A DNA stretch of 64,000 nucleotides from Candidatus Poribacteria bacterium (lineage in GTDB: Bacteria; Poribacteria; WGA-4E; WGA-3G): assembly GCA_963665235.2 (NCBI GenBank), contig CAXXLX010000001.1:1376001-1440000 (forward strand), in the 5' to 3' direction. Under the pieces are notes generated by a model that had not been told where the DNA came from, did not search any database, and saw nothing but the letters and a program-made list of their open reading frames with translations. The stretch's first letter is position 1. Each line of letters starts with the position of its first letter. Position numbers and translations under genes: made by a program. Below, piece after piece: positions 9,566 to 21,200 of this stretch.

Positions 9566-11170
9566 CTAAAGCCTTGCGATTTTTAAGCAAGTCTCTTCAC
9601 TCTCTTGATACCCGATGCGAATCGCTTTTGCCCGAACGGTAGTTTCACCCTCCGGTAAACGCAGCGGTTCCGTATATAACCGCCAGCGCACATCTTCACC
9701 CTGCTCTGTCGTGTAGGCAATAGATGCACCTTGTGTGGAACAGTGGAGCTGTAAAAGTAGGGGCCCTTCCCACTCCCCGCTCTCATCTGCGACCGCTCTT
9801 CCCGGATTGGACGCGTTAATTGGAATAAAGATAGGCGCTGCCGTTCGCGGTTGTGTCCCATTGGGGTACCACCTACCAACCATCTGTTCCTCTGAAATAT
9901 CCCCCATATCTCCAAACTCAGATTGCCACTGTGTGAGTGCTGCACGCATCCGCTCAAGCACTGTTTCATGGGCTGCATCCGCTGCTAAGTTGTTGAGTTC
10001 ATACCGGTCATTTTCAACGTCATAAAGTTCTTCGGCAGGTCTCGGTGAACGGAACATAACCGATTGTGCTTCGTTCAGTTTACCTTCAGCATGAAGTCGC
10101 CACATCTCCTGCATCACCGGGTGACGGTTCCGATAAGGAATCCAGAGCAGGTAAGGCTTCTCTATGTAATAATTTCGGATGTATTTATACTTTTTATCAC
10201 GAACAGCACGCACCATGTCGTAAGATTCATCGTACCGGTCACGCGTTGCAAAGATATACTCGCGTTCCCTCCGTTGCGGACCGAGGAAGGGTTGTCCCTG
10301 TAAGTGTTGCGGTGCCTGCACCCCACACAGCGAAAGCACAGTTGGGCCAAGGTCAATCAAACTTACCAATTGATTGACCTCACTTCCTGCCTCAAGTGCT
10401 CCGGGCCAACGCACGATTAACGGTATCCGGATTCCTGCATCATAGGGCCACCGTTTTCCGCGGGGGAGGCCCTCACCGTGGTCGCTCCAGAGAAAAACGA
10501 TAGTGCTTTCTGCAAGTCCATCCTCTTCCAACTGGTCTAACAATTGCCCGACACGTGCGTCAGCTGTGGCGAGGTTATCGTATTGACGTGCTAGTGCAGC
10601 GCGTGCCTTCGGTGTATCCGGCAGATAGGGGGGTAGCTGCACGTCATCTGGGTTCGTCGTAAGCGGTCTATCGTCTCGTTCCCACATTCCGCTTTCATGC
10701 GTAACGGTTGGGTTAAAGACTGAAAAGAAGGGTTGTCCCTCCTCACGATTTCGCCAATGCCCTTTGTTGCTACAGTCATCCCACGCGGTAATAGGCGGTG
10801 TGAACTGATAATCTGTCTTGCTGTTGTTCGTGCAATAGTAGCCCGCGGCTCTCAGGTATTCCGTAAACGTTTTGACATAAGGCGGGGGGACAGCAGAATA
10901 AGGTGTTGGCATATCCGGTGTGTTTCGGTTCGTATGTGTTGTCCGCATGTGATGGGTGCCGATAGATGTTTGATACATGCCGGTAATAATGGCGGAACGG
11001 CTCGGTGCACAGACCCCGGCTGTTGAAAACGCATTGGGGAATCGGCATCCCCCTACAGCGAGTCTATCGATATTTGGTGTGCGCGCCAATGTATCGCCGT
11101 AGCAACCGAAACGCGGTGTTGTGTCCTCTAAAGAAATCCAAAGAATGTTTGGACGGTTTTGTGTGCTCAT
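9566..11170 (-). CDS. sulfatase with C-terminal small beta (Fn3-associated-like) domain
   Basis: CAPSRSAIITG motif; start placed at MSTQNRPNI after GGAAAGGA RBS. Confidence 0.9.
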   Translation of the reverse strand: MSTQNRPNILWISLEDTTPRFGCYGDTLARTPNIDRLAVGGCRFPNAFSTAGVCAPSRSAIITGMYQTSIGTHHMRTTHTNRNTPDMPTPYSAVPPPYVKTFTEYLRAAGYYCTNNSKTDYQFTPPITAWDDCSNKGHWRNREEGQPFFSVFNPTVTHESGMWERDDRPLTTNPDDVQLPPYLPDTPKARAALARQYDNLATADARVGQLLDQLEEDGLAESTIVFLWSDHGEGLPRGKRWPYDAGIRIPLIVRWPGALEAGSEVNQLVSLIDLGPTVLSLCGVQAPQHLQGQPFLGPQRREREYIFATRDRYDESYDMVRAVRDKKYKYIRNYYIEKPYLLWIPYRNRHPVMQEMWRLHAEGKLNEAQSVMFRSPRPAEELYDVENDRYELNNLAADAAHETVLERMRAALTQWQSEFGDMGDISEEQMVGRWYPNGTQPRTAAPIFIPINASNPGRAVADESGEWEGPLLLQLHCSTQGASIAYTTEQGEDVRWRLYTEPLRLPEGETTVRAKAIRIGYQESEETCLKIARL

Positions 11171-11198
11171 ATCCTTTCCTTTTGTGAGTGTTCCGATA

Positions 11199-12035
11199 TT
11201 ACGGGTTCCAGCAACCTTCGGTATACCCATCTCGCATGAACAGTTTTTTCCGTTCCGGTGTTGCCCGTTCTATCCATTCCGCAGGAATTTCTTGGGTGTA
11301 ACGATGCGGCGGTCCTGCTTCTTTGAAAATGTCTATGTTGAAGATACGGTAGAGCTGCGGGGAATTTGCTGGTTTTGCCTCTACTGCATGGAAGATACGT
11401 GCGTCGATGTAGACCATACTGCCCGGTGGCAATTCGAGTCGTCTCTCTTCCAAGGTGCATCCCGCCTCTGCGTCAAATTCACCTGCAAGCATTCGTTCCG
11501 GTGTCGCTTCTCTTGTAGGTGCGACCCGATGGCTGCCCGCTATAACCTTGAGATTCCGATCGCCGCGGGTGAAACCGTTCGGATAGTACAAAATCTGGAT
11601 ATAATAGTTATCACGCTCCGCAAGGTTGACCGGGTTCTCGTGTTTCCAATGGTGGTGGTCTTGATGATACTGAATGGGGCCGATACCACGAGGTGCAATG
11701 TTAAGGGCGGAGTGACAGAAGTGGTACGCGTCCCCGATAGTTGCCTGTATCAATGCTGTAATAAACGGATCATCGATGAGGCGGTCGCTATAATCCCCGC
11801 GCTCGTTCCAGGGACGAATAAAATAGGCGCGCTGCTGTTCATCACCGTTGTTCAACGCCTCAATGTACCGACGCACCGGCTCAAAATGTTGTGTGATTTC
11901 TTCAATTAAGCCTTCCCTGCCAACGTCAGTGAAAACATCCGGATACGCAATGTATCCATCGTTATGAAATGAATCAATGTCTTCCTGAGAGGGGCCTGAT
12001 AAGCGAAAGAGTGAATCAAATTTGACTGTTCCCAT
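11199..12035 (-). CDS. PhyH family dioxygenase
   Basis: YHQD, GSH and IFH motifs; AGGAGG RBS before MGTVKF. Confidence 0.8.
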   Translation of the reverse strand: MGTVKFDSLFRLSGPSQEDIDSFHNDGYIAYPDVFTDVGREGLIEEITQHFEPVRRYIEALNNGDEQQRAYFIRPWNERGDYSDRLIDDPFITALIQATIGDAYHFCHSALNIAPRGIGPIQYHQDHHHWKHENPVNLAERDNYYIQILYYPNGFTRGDRNLKVIAGSHRVAPTREATPERMLAGEFDAEAGCTLEERRLELPPGSMVYIDARIFHAVEAKPANSPQLYRIFNIDIFKEAGPPHRYTQEIPAEWIERATPERKKLFMRDGYTEGCWNP

Positions 12036-12191
12036 GATGTTCCTCCTGTTATTGTTTTTATTCATCCAGCCTGATAGATTTCGTTTGACTTTTAATTCGT
12101 TTATAAGGTACAATTCTGTTATGTTTTGATGTGTGCAAAAAATATTTTCGTACTAACACGTCCAATCTGATGGGACGATAGGAGAAAAACA

Positions 12192-12434
12192 TTGCAAAAT
12201 TTCGACCGTATAACATTCAATCCAAATGTGATGGGCGGTAAACCGTGTATCCGTGGCATGCGGGTTACCGTTGGAACAGTTGTTGGATTAGTTGCCTCCG
12301 GCTATTCCAATGCGGAGATTCTGAAAGCCTACCCTTATTTGGAAGAAGAGGATATTCGTCAATCCCTCGTCTATGCTGCATGGCGAGTTCAAGAAATCGA
12401 AGTACCGTTGAACACTTATGAAAGTGCTAATTGA
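12192..12434 (+). CDS. DUF433 antitoxin-like protein
   Basis: GGKPCIRGMRVTV..ILKAYPYLEEEDI signature; TTG start after AGGAG. Confidence 0.9.
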   Translation: MQNFDRITFNPNVMGGKPCIRGMRVTVGTVVGLVASGYSNAEILKAYPYLEEEDIRQSLVYAAWRVQEIEVPLNTYESAN

Positions 12435-12792
12435 TATGAACCTCTCGCCTGAGTGGGTTAATGTGCTTGAACAGCACGGATTATACGCTGCTCATTGGCG
12501 AGAAATAGGTGACCCGCGCGCGTCAGATAACACTATCATGGCTTGGGCGCGCGAAAACGGTTATATTGTTCTTACACAAGATCTGGACTTTGGAACACTG
12601 CTGGCAACCACTAATGTACGAGGGCCGAGTGTGATTCAAGTTCGCGCAAAGGATGTTATGCCTCAGACCTTGGGAGAATTATTAGTCAAGATAATTTATC
12701 AACACAAGTCTACTTTAGAAAAAGGTGTTTTGATTACAGTGACCCAAGATCGGGTTCGGTTACGAACTCTCCCTTTTGTAGTAAACAGTTGA
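12418..12792 (+). CDS. DUF5615 PIN-like toxin (VapC45-like)
   Basis: MKVLIDMNLS, ASD..I and LTQDLDF motifs; overlaps the DUF433 gene. Confidence 0.9.
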   Translation: MKVLIDMNLSPEWVNVLEQHGLYAAHWREIGDPRASDNTIMAWARENGYIVLTQDLDFGTLLATTNVRGPSVIQVRAKDVMPQTLGELLVKIIYQHKSTLEKGVLITVTQDRVRLRTLPFVVNS

Positions 12793-12843
12793 GCTTCAAA
12801 CTACGCCAAAATTTTGCTTTGCCAAATCTCGCGATGTATTGCA

Positions 12844-13524
12844 TCACAATTGCCTTGCGACAATAGCTTTCAAAATCTGAACGATGCATTCAGCTTCAAA
12901 AAGTCCGTTATACACTCGCGAGGAATCAACAGTAAAGGTCGGTTTCTCTGTCTCAATACCGTCGACGATACCGCGAACAAAGGTCCAGCTTTCGTAGACA
13001 GTATAGCAGCCAAAGATTTCCTGTAATCCTTCAGATGGCGTTTCCGATTGCGGTCCTGCATCACTTTTCCAATTGAGCCATGCAGCGGCGAGCATTTCAC
13101 CGTAGAGTTGAACCTGCGGGTCGGAAGCGTGAACGCCACGTTTTGCCTCATGCACGATGATGAAATAGGGAGCTTGCGGTTTTCCTGCTGCAGCGGGAGC
13201 GAGCGCACCATCTGCCTCCCCTTCAAGTTGAAAAGCAGGATAGGTGGCCTTCAGGGAAATACCTGACCAAGCTTGAACGTAAGACCGCTCTGCAAGAACT
13301 AAAAACGGATAGATTGCACGTGCCCAAAGCGTGGCTTCATTCATAACGACGAGGTCACGTTCGCGCAGAATTGATTTAAGATAGTCAATCTGTGCATCTT
13401 CTGCCGGTGTTAAGCCGCCCCTCTGTAGGTCCACCCATGTGTCAGATACACCGACCTGTATCCGTAGGGTTACAAGCGTTCTGAGCGTTTCCTCAGACAG
13501 CTGTGATAAAGTATAGGTTTCCAT
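12844..13524 (-). CDS. hypothetical protein, possible PD-(D/E)XK nuclease-like fold
   Basis: NEAT, GEADG, HEAKR and QLYGEMLAA pattern. Confidence 0.55.
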   Translation of the reverse strand: METYTLSQLSEETLRTLVTLRIQVGVSDTWVDLQRGGLTPAEDAQIDYLKSILRERDLVVMNEATLWARAIYPFLVLAERSYVQAWSGISLKATYPAFQLEGEADGALAPAAAGKPQAPYFIIVHEAKRGVHASDPQVQLYGEMLAAAWLNWKSDAGPQSETPSEGLQEIFGCYTVYESWTFVRGIVDGIETEKPTFTVDSSRVYNGLFEAECIVQILKAIVARQL

Positions 13525-13539
13525 GCCTTGAACCCCCTT

Positions 13540-15012
13540 TTACATTCTACTATGTCCTTCCTGTTCAAACCTATCTAGCAAGGCGGTTAACCGTTGCACA
13601 ATTTCCGGACGATTTGACCAGAGATTGTCAGTTTCCTGCGGGTCGTTATAGATATGATAGAGCTGCCCGGGGGTGTCCGGTTTGGGCCCGCCATCGCTCG
13701 GTGGTGGCCATCCGCCTGAGCCCTGTGTGCCTATAATCAATTTCCATTCGTTATGCCGTATAGAAAAAACGCCATTACTGGAGTGATGCACGATTGCCTC
13801 GCGAAGCGGTTTTTCTGTCTCTTCACCCAACAAAGCGGGCAAAATGTTGCAACTATCCTGTCCTGCATCGTCGGGAATATCCGTTCCGACAATTGCTGCG
13901 CATGTTGCCATCAGGTCTGTTAGGCAGGCGAGTGCATCGGTTTCAGTATTCGGTTCAATGACACCGGGCCAACGTGCGATGAGCGGTTCACGATGTCCAC
14001 CTTCCCAGATGTGTGCCTTATAGCCGCGCCAATCGCCGCAGGATTTATGGTCGTAAAGATTGTACGGCATCGGACTATTAGTGCCGCGAATTCGGTCACC
14101 GGGCAACGCGCCGTTATCGCTCGTAACGAAAATCAGCGTCTCATCGGTTTTACCTGTGCGGTCTAACGCCTCCATCACCTCACCGACCATCCAATCTACT
14201 AACCAGACCAAATCGCCCCGCGGTCCAGCACTGCTTTGGTCACGTGCAAATTCCGGTACAACCTCTACAACACACGGTTCATGGGGTGCGGAGGGGGTTA
14301 GATAGAGAAAAAACGGCTCATCTGAATCGGCTTGTGCGTCAATATATTCCACAGCCTTCTGTGAAATCATTGGGTCAGCATCTTTATGTTGCCAACTTGG
14401 TGCGGTCATCCCCGGTCGTCCCGTAAAATCTGGTACGCCGCGGTATTCACTCGGAATTTCAACGAAAGCGTCATTCTCAATAAAACCGTAAGGGGGCTGG
14501 CACGTTGGGCACCCGGAGGTTCCGTAGAAATAATCGAAACCGATTGCATTCGGTCCACCTGTCAATGGCGCGTGAAAATCGATATGTTCCTCCAATTCAC
14601 GTTTCGCATTGCCCCAGGGCAGTGGGGCATCGAAATCGTAGTCGTAGCCCGGTGTCGTTGAAAAACCGAGTCCTAAGTGCCACTTCCCGACGCAGGCGGT
14701 ATTGTATCCTGCATCTTTCAGCAAACCTGCCACTGTCAAACGTTCCGATTCAATTAAAGGCGGTTCGTATCCGTAAAGCACACCTCGCTTGAGGCGGCTT
14801 CGCCAGCAATACCTCCCTGTTAAAACCCCGTACCGTGTAGGTGTGCAGACTGCGGAAGGGGAGTGCGCGTCAGTGAACCGTATTCCTTCCTGTGCAAGTC
14901 TATCCATATTCGGTGTGGGAATTTTTGAGTCGGGGTTATAGCAACCGACATCGCCGTATCCCATATCGTCTGCCATGATAAAAACAATGTTCGGTAATTT
15001 TTGATTGTGCAT
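13540..15012 (-). CDS. arylsulfatase
   Basis: DDMGYGD, CTPTRYGVLTG, GKWHLG. Confidence 0.95.
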   Translation of the reverse strand: MHNQKLPNIVFIMADDMGYGDVGCYNPDSKIPTPNMDRLAQEGIRFTDAHSPSAVCTPTRYGVLTGRYCWRSRLKRGVLYGYEPPLIESERLTVAGLLKDAGYNTACVGKWHLGLGFSTTPGYDYDFDAPLPWGNAKRELEEHIDFHAPLTGGPNAIGFDYFYGTSGCPTCQPPYGFIENDAFVEIPSEYRGVPDFTGRPGMTAPSWQHKDADPMISQKAVEYIDAQADSDEPFFLYLTPSAPHEPCVVEVVPEFARDQSSAGPRGDLVWLVDWMVGEVMEALDRTGKTDETLIFVTSDNGALPGDRIRGTNSPMPYNLYDHKSCGDWRGYKAHIWEGGHREPLIARWPGVIEPNTETDALACLTDLMATCAAIVGTDIPDDAGQDSCNILPALLGEETEKPLREAIVHHSSNGVFSIRHNEWKLIIGTQGSGGWPPPSDGGPKPDTPGQLYHIYNDPQETDNLWSNRPEIVQRLTALLDRFEQEGHSRM

Positions 15013-15052
15013 ATTTCACCAATAGAACGTAGTGTTTACCAAAGGGCATCTT

Positions 15053-16096
15053 TTACTGTAATTTTGCCTTTAAGTCCGCGAGGTCCTTCTCGATTGAGGC
15101 TTCTTCAGCATACCCGGTAAATTCATCGCTTACCTTCATATCTGTCAACTCGCTATCCGCTTCGACCGCTGCTTTTGCTAGGGTAGCGGCTTCAGTTGCA
15201 TTTTGTTCCATTTTATCGATAATTTCAAACGCTGCGCCATCCTGTACTGCTGTCAATGTGTCCTGAAGATGTTGGTGTGCCTCGACGTTTGTGCTTTGTG
15301 CGACAATAACATCCCTTTTTCTTTCTGCTTCCTCTGCTTTTTTCTGAAGTGTTTCCAATAAGGTTGTGAGTTCCGCGACGACCTGTTTCTGTTCTTCCCA
15401 CTGTGCTTTGTAACGGTTTGCGAGTTGGCGGTATTCGTTGCGTTGTGTGAGGTCTTCCCGTGCAAGGTCTTCCCGACCTGCTTGAATAGAGATAGCTGCT
15501 CGCTCTTCACACCTTTCGGCTTGGACGATTGCCCCCTCGTAAGCGTTCTGAAACTGTTTTTCAATTCCGATAGAGGCATCGACCTTCTCCCTTGCCTCGG
15601 CAAGCCGTTGCGTTATCTCATGGATAGCACTGTCTAAAACCTTCTCCGGTTCTTCCGTTTCGGTTAACACCTTCTCCAGGTGGGGTTGAGATTTGACAAC
15701 GACTGTACCCGCAAGTTTATCACCCATTCGTTGCCGTTTGTCACCGAGGCAGAAAAGCAGGTCAAAAGGTTGAAAAATTCCGACAAGCCTGCGAACGAAG
15801 GAGTCCTTAAAGGTACACGGTTTGCCATCTTTTAACCGGATAACTTTGAGCGATAACAATTTTTTACCGAATCCCTGCCCGTTTTTGAACCCATCCATTA
15901 AAAGGAATCCGAGACTTCCGAACGCGAGACTTAGGGGGCCCGCAATCCACTCGTTTCCACCGGTGATTAACCCGAAGAGAAAAAATGAAATGACATAGCT
16001 CCAAAATGCGAGCACGGTGTCCAGCAAAAGTGCGACTGTCCGCTCTGTTCGAGAGCCCAATCTGAATTTTTTCCGTGCAATTTCAATTAGCTTCAT
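15053..16096 (-). CDS. RDD domain fused to PspA/IM30-like coiled coil
   Basis: R..A.LLD, GFGKKLLSLKV, RQRMGDKLAGTVVV (RDD); A.I.AGREDLARE (PspA). Confidence 0.8.
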   Translation of the reverse strand: MKLIEIARKKFRLGSRTERTVALLLDTVLAFWSYVISFFLFGLITGGNEWIAGPLSLAFGSLGFLLMDGFKNGQGFGKKLLSLKVIRLKDGKPCTFKDSFVRRLVGIFQPFDLLFCLGDKRQRMGDKLAGTVVVKSQPHLEKVLTETEEPEKVLDSAIHEITQRLAEAREKVDASIGIEKQFQNAYEGAIVQAERCEERAAISIQAGREDLAREDLTQRNEYRQLANRYKAQWEEQKQVVAELTTLLETLQKKAEEAERKRDVIVAQSTNVEAHQHLQDTLTAVQDGAAFEIIDKMEQNATEAATLAKAAVEADSELTDMKVSDEFTGYAEEASIEKDLADLKAKLQ

Positions 16097-16214
16097 GTTG
16101 GCACATCCTCTTTTTTGTTGAGAAAACCCGTGTGCCGTTAGCACGAAAAGTCGTTTTTTTCCGGGTTTCCTCTGTTGACCATCTAGCTATAGAGGCTGCT
16201 GGGAACTAAATTGG

Positions 16215-17273
16215 TTACAACGTCGGCACCGTTACCTCTACCTCGCGGCCGTTTGCCTCTGAGGAATCGATAACCCCTTGGATGATAACGTTTGTCAGCA
16301 AAACCCCGTACGGGTCGATAGGGGAGGGTTTTCCTTCTCGGACTGCGTCGATAAACGCGCTATCCTCCTCATGGAACACACTGACCGATTCAAACTCGGT
16401 GTAGGTTTCATCGTGAATTTGGCCATCCTTGTCGCCATAGACGCGAACCCCCTCTTGCGGTCCGCGAACTTCGCCTATACCGATACGCAGCCCGGCTTTT
16501 TTACCGAGGAAAATTGTTCCGCCAAGCGAATCCATATTCATGCACCAACAGGTTTTGAACACCATACGCGCGCCGTTGTCAAAAACAACCCAACCGACAC
16601 CGAAATCTTCTACCTCGGTCTCCCGCAATCCAGGGTTCCATGTATTGTGCAGACTCAGATAGTTGGAGGTAATCCCGGAGACAGCGACAGGTTTCGGGTG
16701 CCCCATCAAGTAGAGTGCGGTGTCCAAAGCGTAGACCCCGATATCTGCGGATGCTCCTAAACCGGCTGTGGCTTTTCGGATAAAGCTGCCCCCCGGATTT
16801 CCGCGCCGCCGGTCCGCCACGGTCTCAACGTAGTAAATATCACCGAGTGTCCCCGCATCAACAATTTCTTTCGCCTTGATGACTTGCGGTGAATAACGGA
16901 GTTTGAGTCCAATCATCAGGATTTTATCGTTTTCTACTGCAGCTCGCCACATAGCGGTTGCGGCATCCAACGTTGCCTCCATCGGTTTTTCACAGAAAAC
17001 GTGTTTACCCGCATTTAGCGCAGCAACGGTCGGTGCTGAATGGACACCTGTCGGCGTACAGACATAGACCGCCTCAATTTCGTCCATCTTGAGCATTTCG
17101 TTGTAATCGTCAAACGTGTGTTCGATACCCCACCGCTCTTTTGCGCGTTCTAAGTGTGCTGGCACAAGGTCAGCCGCGGCAATAATCTCCGCACCTTCTA
17201 TATTAGCAAGCGTCCCGCAGTGTGCTTGTGAAATACCACCTGCTCCAATTAAACCTAATTTCACTGTTCGCAT
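16215..17273 (-). CDS. Gfo/Idh/MocA oxidoreductase
   Basis: GLIGAGGIS and GKHVFCEKP motifs. Confidence 0.9.
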   Translation of the reverse strand: MRTVKLGLIGAGGISQAHCGTLANIEGAEIIAAADLVPAHLERAKERWGIEHTFDDYNEMLKMDEIEAVYVCTPTGVHSAPTVAALNAGKHVFCEKPMEATLDAATAMWRAAVENDKILMIGLKLRYSPQVIKAKEIVDAGTLGDIYYVETVADRRRGNPGGSFIRKATAGLGASADIGVYALDTALYLMGHPKPVAVSGITSNYLSLHNTWNPGLRETEVEDFGVGWVVFDNGARMVFKTCWCMNMDSLGGTIFLGKKAGLRIGIGEVRGPQEGVRVYGDKDGQIHDETYTEFESVSVFHEEDSAFIDAVREGKPSPIDPYGVLLTNVIIQGVIDSSEANGREVEVTVPTL

Positions 17274-17428
17274 AGTTGTCTCCTAATCATGGATTGTATG
17301 TTATAGATTTTATCCTATTTCTGCTATGAAGTCAAGCGAAATTTCTGAAACCTTTAACTTCTTTCTTGCTTTTTACAAAAATATGTGTTATAATTAAATA
17401 AACATTTGACAAAACACAGAGATATATC

Positions 17429-18169
17429 ATGCAATTGCGACCGGAATTTCTGCAGCAGGCCGTTGAAGCGGCCCTTACATTCGTCTACCCTGCTCAATGC
17501 CGGGTGTGTGACAAATCGCTTGGACTCGAAACTGTGCCGTATATGTGCGACGCATGCTGGCACGACATTCAGTTTGTCGAACCACCCTGGTGTGAAATAT
17601 GCGGGACACCGGATATAGAAAATGAAAATACCTGTGAGGCATGCGCCAGCAACCCGCCACGATACGGAAAACTGCGCACAATTGCCCTTTATGAAGCAGC
17701 ACTCCAACAAGCAATACATCTTTTTAAATTTGAGAAGCGAAGAAGGCTTGCTAAACCGCTCACGCAACTGATATTAGCACATATACCGAACGATTGCAGT
17801 ATCGGAGACTATGACTTCATTCTACCGATTCCGATTCATAAAAAACGGTTGCGGGAACGCGGTTTCAACCAAGCCACTCTGCTCGCCAAAGGGATTGCTA
17901 AAGCTACAGGGGTGCCGATTGCTACAGATGTGCTATTTCGCCACCGGTACACGGCACCGCAGAGCAGTTTGGATAGAGAAGCACGACAGACAAATATTGT
18001 TGATGCTTTTCAGCTCCGTGCGGAAGAATCGATACGCGGCAAACACCTGCTGCTCATAGATGATGTTTTCACTACTGGTGCTACTATCCGAGAGGCAGTA
18101 AAAGCGTTATGGCATGCTGACCCTGCTGAAATTGATGTGCTGACCCTGGCGCGAGCTTTACACGCCTAA
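17429..18169 (+). CDS. comF: ComF family amidophosphoribosyltransferase-like protein
   Basis: double zinc ribbon; RERGFNQA; LLIDDVFTTGAT. Confidence 0.9.
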   Translation: MQLRPEFLQQAVEAALTFVYPAQCRVCDKSLGLETVPYMCDACWHDIQFVEPPWCEICGTPDIENENTCEACASNPPRYGKLRTIALYEAALQQAIHLFKFEKRRRLAKPLTQLILAHIPNDCSIGDYDFILPIPIHKKRLRERGFNQATLLAKGIAKATGVPIATDVLFRHRYTAPQSSLDREARQTNIVDAFQLRAEESIRGKHLLLIDDVFTTGATIREAVKALWHADPAEIDVLTLARALHA

Positions 18170-18271
18170 ATGAAACCTTTTCAGGACATTTTGCGTATAA
18201 ATAGTAGGGTTAAAATACAAATTGTCTGTCACAAAAAAATATACACGTGTTAAACTGAAAGGAGGTTACCT

Positions 18272-21200
18272 TTGCATTTAAATCGCATCAAAATCAGCGG
18301 ATTCAAGAGTTTTGCCGAAGAGGTTGAGCTAATCCTGGAGCCTGGCGTTACGACTATTGTTGGGCCTAACGGTTGTGGGAAGAGCAATGTCTCGGATGCA
18401 ATTCGGTGGGTGCTTGGCGAACAGAGTGCCCGCGCCCTTCGGTGTACTAATATGCGCGAGCTCCTTTTCAACGGAGGTGCGAATTTCAGTCCAGCCCGGA
18501 AAGCAGAAGTCGGCCTCTTTTTCTCAGATATCTCCGAGAATCTTACGATTGGGTCCCCGGAGGTAGAAGTGCAGAGACAGTTGACCCGTGATGGAGAAAG
18601 CAGCTATCTTATCAACCAGACCCCCTGTCGTTTGCGTGACATTAGCGAACTTTTTATGGATACAGGGGTCGGTGTCGATGCTTACTCCGTGATGGAGCAG
18701 CGCAAAATCGATGTGATTCTCAACGTTCGTCCAGAGGAGCGGCGATTCCTCTTCGACGAGGTCGCCGGTATCACGAAATATAAGCACCGCAAGAAAACTG
18801 CTATCCGCAAATTAGAGGAGACGGAACAGAACTTGGTCCGCATCAACGATATTATTAAGGAATTACAACACGAAACAGAATCGTTGAAGGCACAAGCGGA
18901 ACAGGCTGAACGTTATCAATCTCTACAAGCACAGCTTCGGGAGTTAGAACTGAGTCTCGCCTATCGGGAGTATATGCAGCTTGCTACAGAGTATAGAGAA
19001 ACGCAGAACAGCTTAGAGGCTGCTCTGAACGATGCAGCGGAGGCAAATCAACAGTTACAAGATGCCGAAGAACAGCTCGAAGGTGCATCGCTTCGCCGCT
19101 CAGAGTTGGATACGTCTATAAGTGGCGTTGAGGAAAAACTCCGCAGCATTTCAGAAGAAATTGAGAAAATTGAACGTCAGATAGTCCTTCACAAAGAGCG
19201 ACAGCTCAGCATCCAACAACAACGCCAGCGGGCACTCCAAACCTTGGAATCGTTGAAGGTACAACAAGAAAACCTGGTCATTCAGAAACGGGAGCGAACA
19301 CAAGAGCAGAAAAAACTTGAATCCGCTTTCAAAATAGAGGAGAGCCGATTGACAGCACGTCAACAACTGCTCACTCAACTGTCCGAACGGCTTAATGCAG
19401 CGAAGGAATCTGTCCAAGAGGCAGAAGCTGGCTTGCAGGAAACCGCTACTGAACTCACGCAACAGGAGAACAAACGTTTAGCAATTGAACACAAGGTAAC
19501 GAATACGTCAAGCAATCTCGAGCGAATTCAGGAAAATTCGGACAGTTTGAAAAGGCAATTAAAAACAGCGACGGATGCACGTTCAGAGGTGCAGCGTGCT
19601 GAAGTTCAGTTGAAGGCGGACTTACTTCAGATTGATACGGAGAAAAAGCAGGCAGAAGCGTCGCTTCGCGAAAACCAGGACGCGCTCCGCAAAGTTGAAT
19701 CCGAGATGCGCGGTTTACAAGATACGTTGGGCGGAAGCGTTTCGCGTCTTAAATCGCTGCAGGAATTGCAATCCGCTTACGAGGGCTATTACACAGGCGT
19801 GCGCGCAATTATGCAGGCAAAAACACACCTCCCTGACGAATTCAACGGAATTTGTGGCGTTGTCGCAGAGCTGCTTAGCACGGATACGGAATACGAACTC
19901 GCTATAGAGGTCGCCCTCGGCAGTGCCATCCAAAATGTTGTCACCGAAACGGCTGAAGACGCTGACGCTGGCATCGCCTTCCTCAAAAAACATCGCGCAG
20001 GTCGAGTGACATTCCTACCGCTTGACATCTTGCGCGGCAGAACGTTCTCCGATGACAGACTCCTCAACGAACCGGGGGTTATCGGCATTGCACAAGAATT
20101 GCTGGATTACGACAGCAGATATGAAATCGCTATGCAACACCTATTGGGCAATACACTCGTTATTGAGGACCTGGATGCCGCAGTTGCACTCACACGCCGA
20201 TTCCGACCGAACGCACGTTTAGTCACCCTAGATGGCGAGGTTATCAACACCTCCGGGGCTATTACAGGCGGACATAGCAATCAGAAGACAACCGGGCTGC
20301 TCAGCCGCGCACGCGAACTTGAGGTGCTGGAAAGTAGAATCGGGCAACTGCAGCAGCAGGCAACTGAGAAGGACGAAAAACGCAAAACTTATGCTGCTAC
20401 GATTGCTACCCTGCAACAGACCCGACAGAAGCTCACTACACAGTGGCAAAACAAACAGATTGAACAGACAGCACTTGCAAAGGATATTGAGCAGGCAAAC
20501 GAACAGGTGACACGTCTTGAAACGCAACTCGCTGCAGTTGAAGTGGAAAACAGAGAACTCCGAGAGACGATAGCGGTGTCACGCGAAGAACAGCAGACGC
20601 TTGACGTTGAAATCGCCGAACTCACCAAAAAACGGACACTCACCCAAAGACGCATTCAACGGATAAATGAACAGATTCAGAGTGAAACCCGCAAACAGGA
20701 AGAAGTTGCCACCGCATGTCAGCAAATGGAGGTCTTCCTAGCAGGACAACGCCAAAAATTGCAGGGGTTGACAGATGAAATTCAGACGCTCACTGAAACA
20801 CAACGGCAAACCGCAGAGAATATCGAAGAACAGCAAACCATTATCGACTCTGACGAACAGACGAAACACGACCTCGGTGAACAGATTGAAACTGCACAAC
20901 GCGAATTCCTCCGAATCGAGGGAAATCGGGCTGAAGCGGAAACGGAACGTGAAGAACGCATCGAAGAACGGAATACACTCATCGCGGAAATAACAAATCG
21001 CCAAAAGGAAATGCGGGCAACGCGCAGGCAGTTCGAGAAGCACAACCGTATCCGACATCAACTCGAGGTCAAAACCACGCAACTTGAGATGCAGATGAAA
21101 TCTAACTCAGCCCGTATCTTTGATAAATATCAACTCTCGCTCGAGGAAATTCCTCTGCCCCTCTTGGGGGAAGTCGCCCCCCCGGAGGCGCATCCTGAAA

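Noticed and set aside
11121-11909. 262-aa plus-strand ORF
   Set aside because: antisense shadow of the PhyH gene
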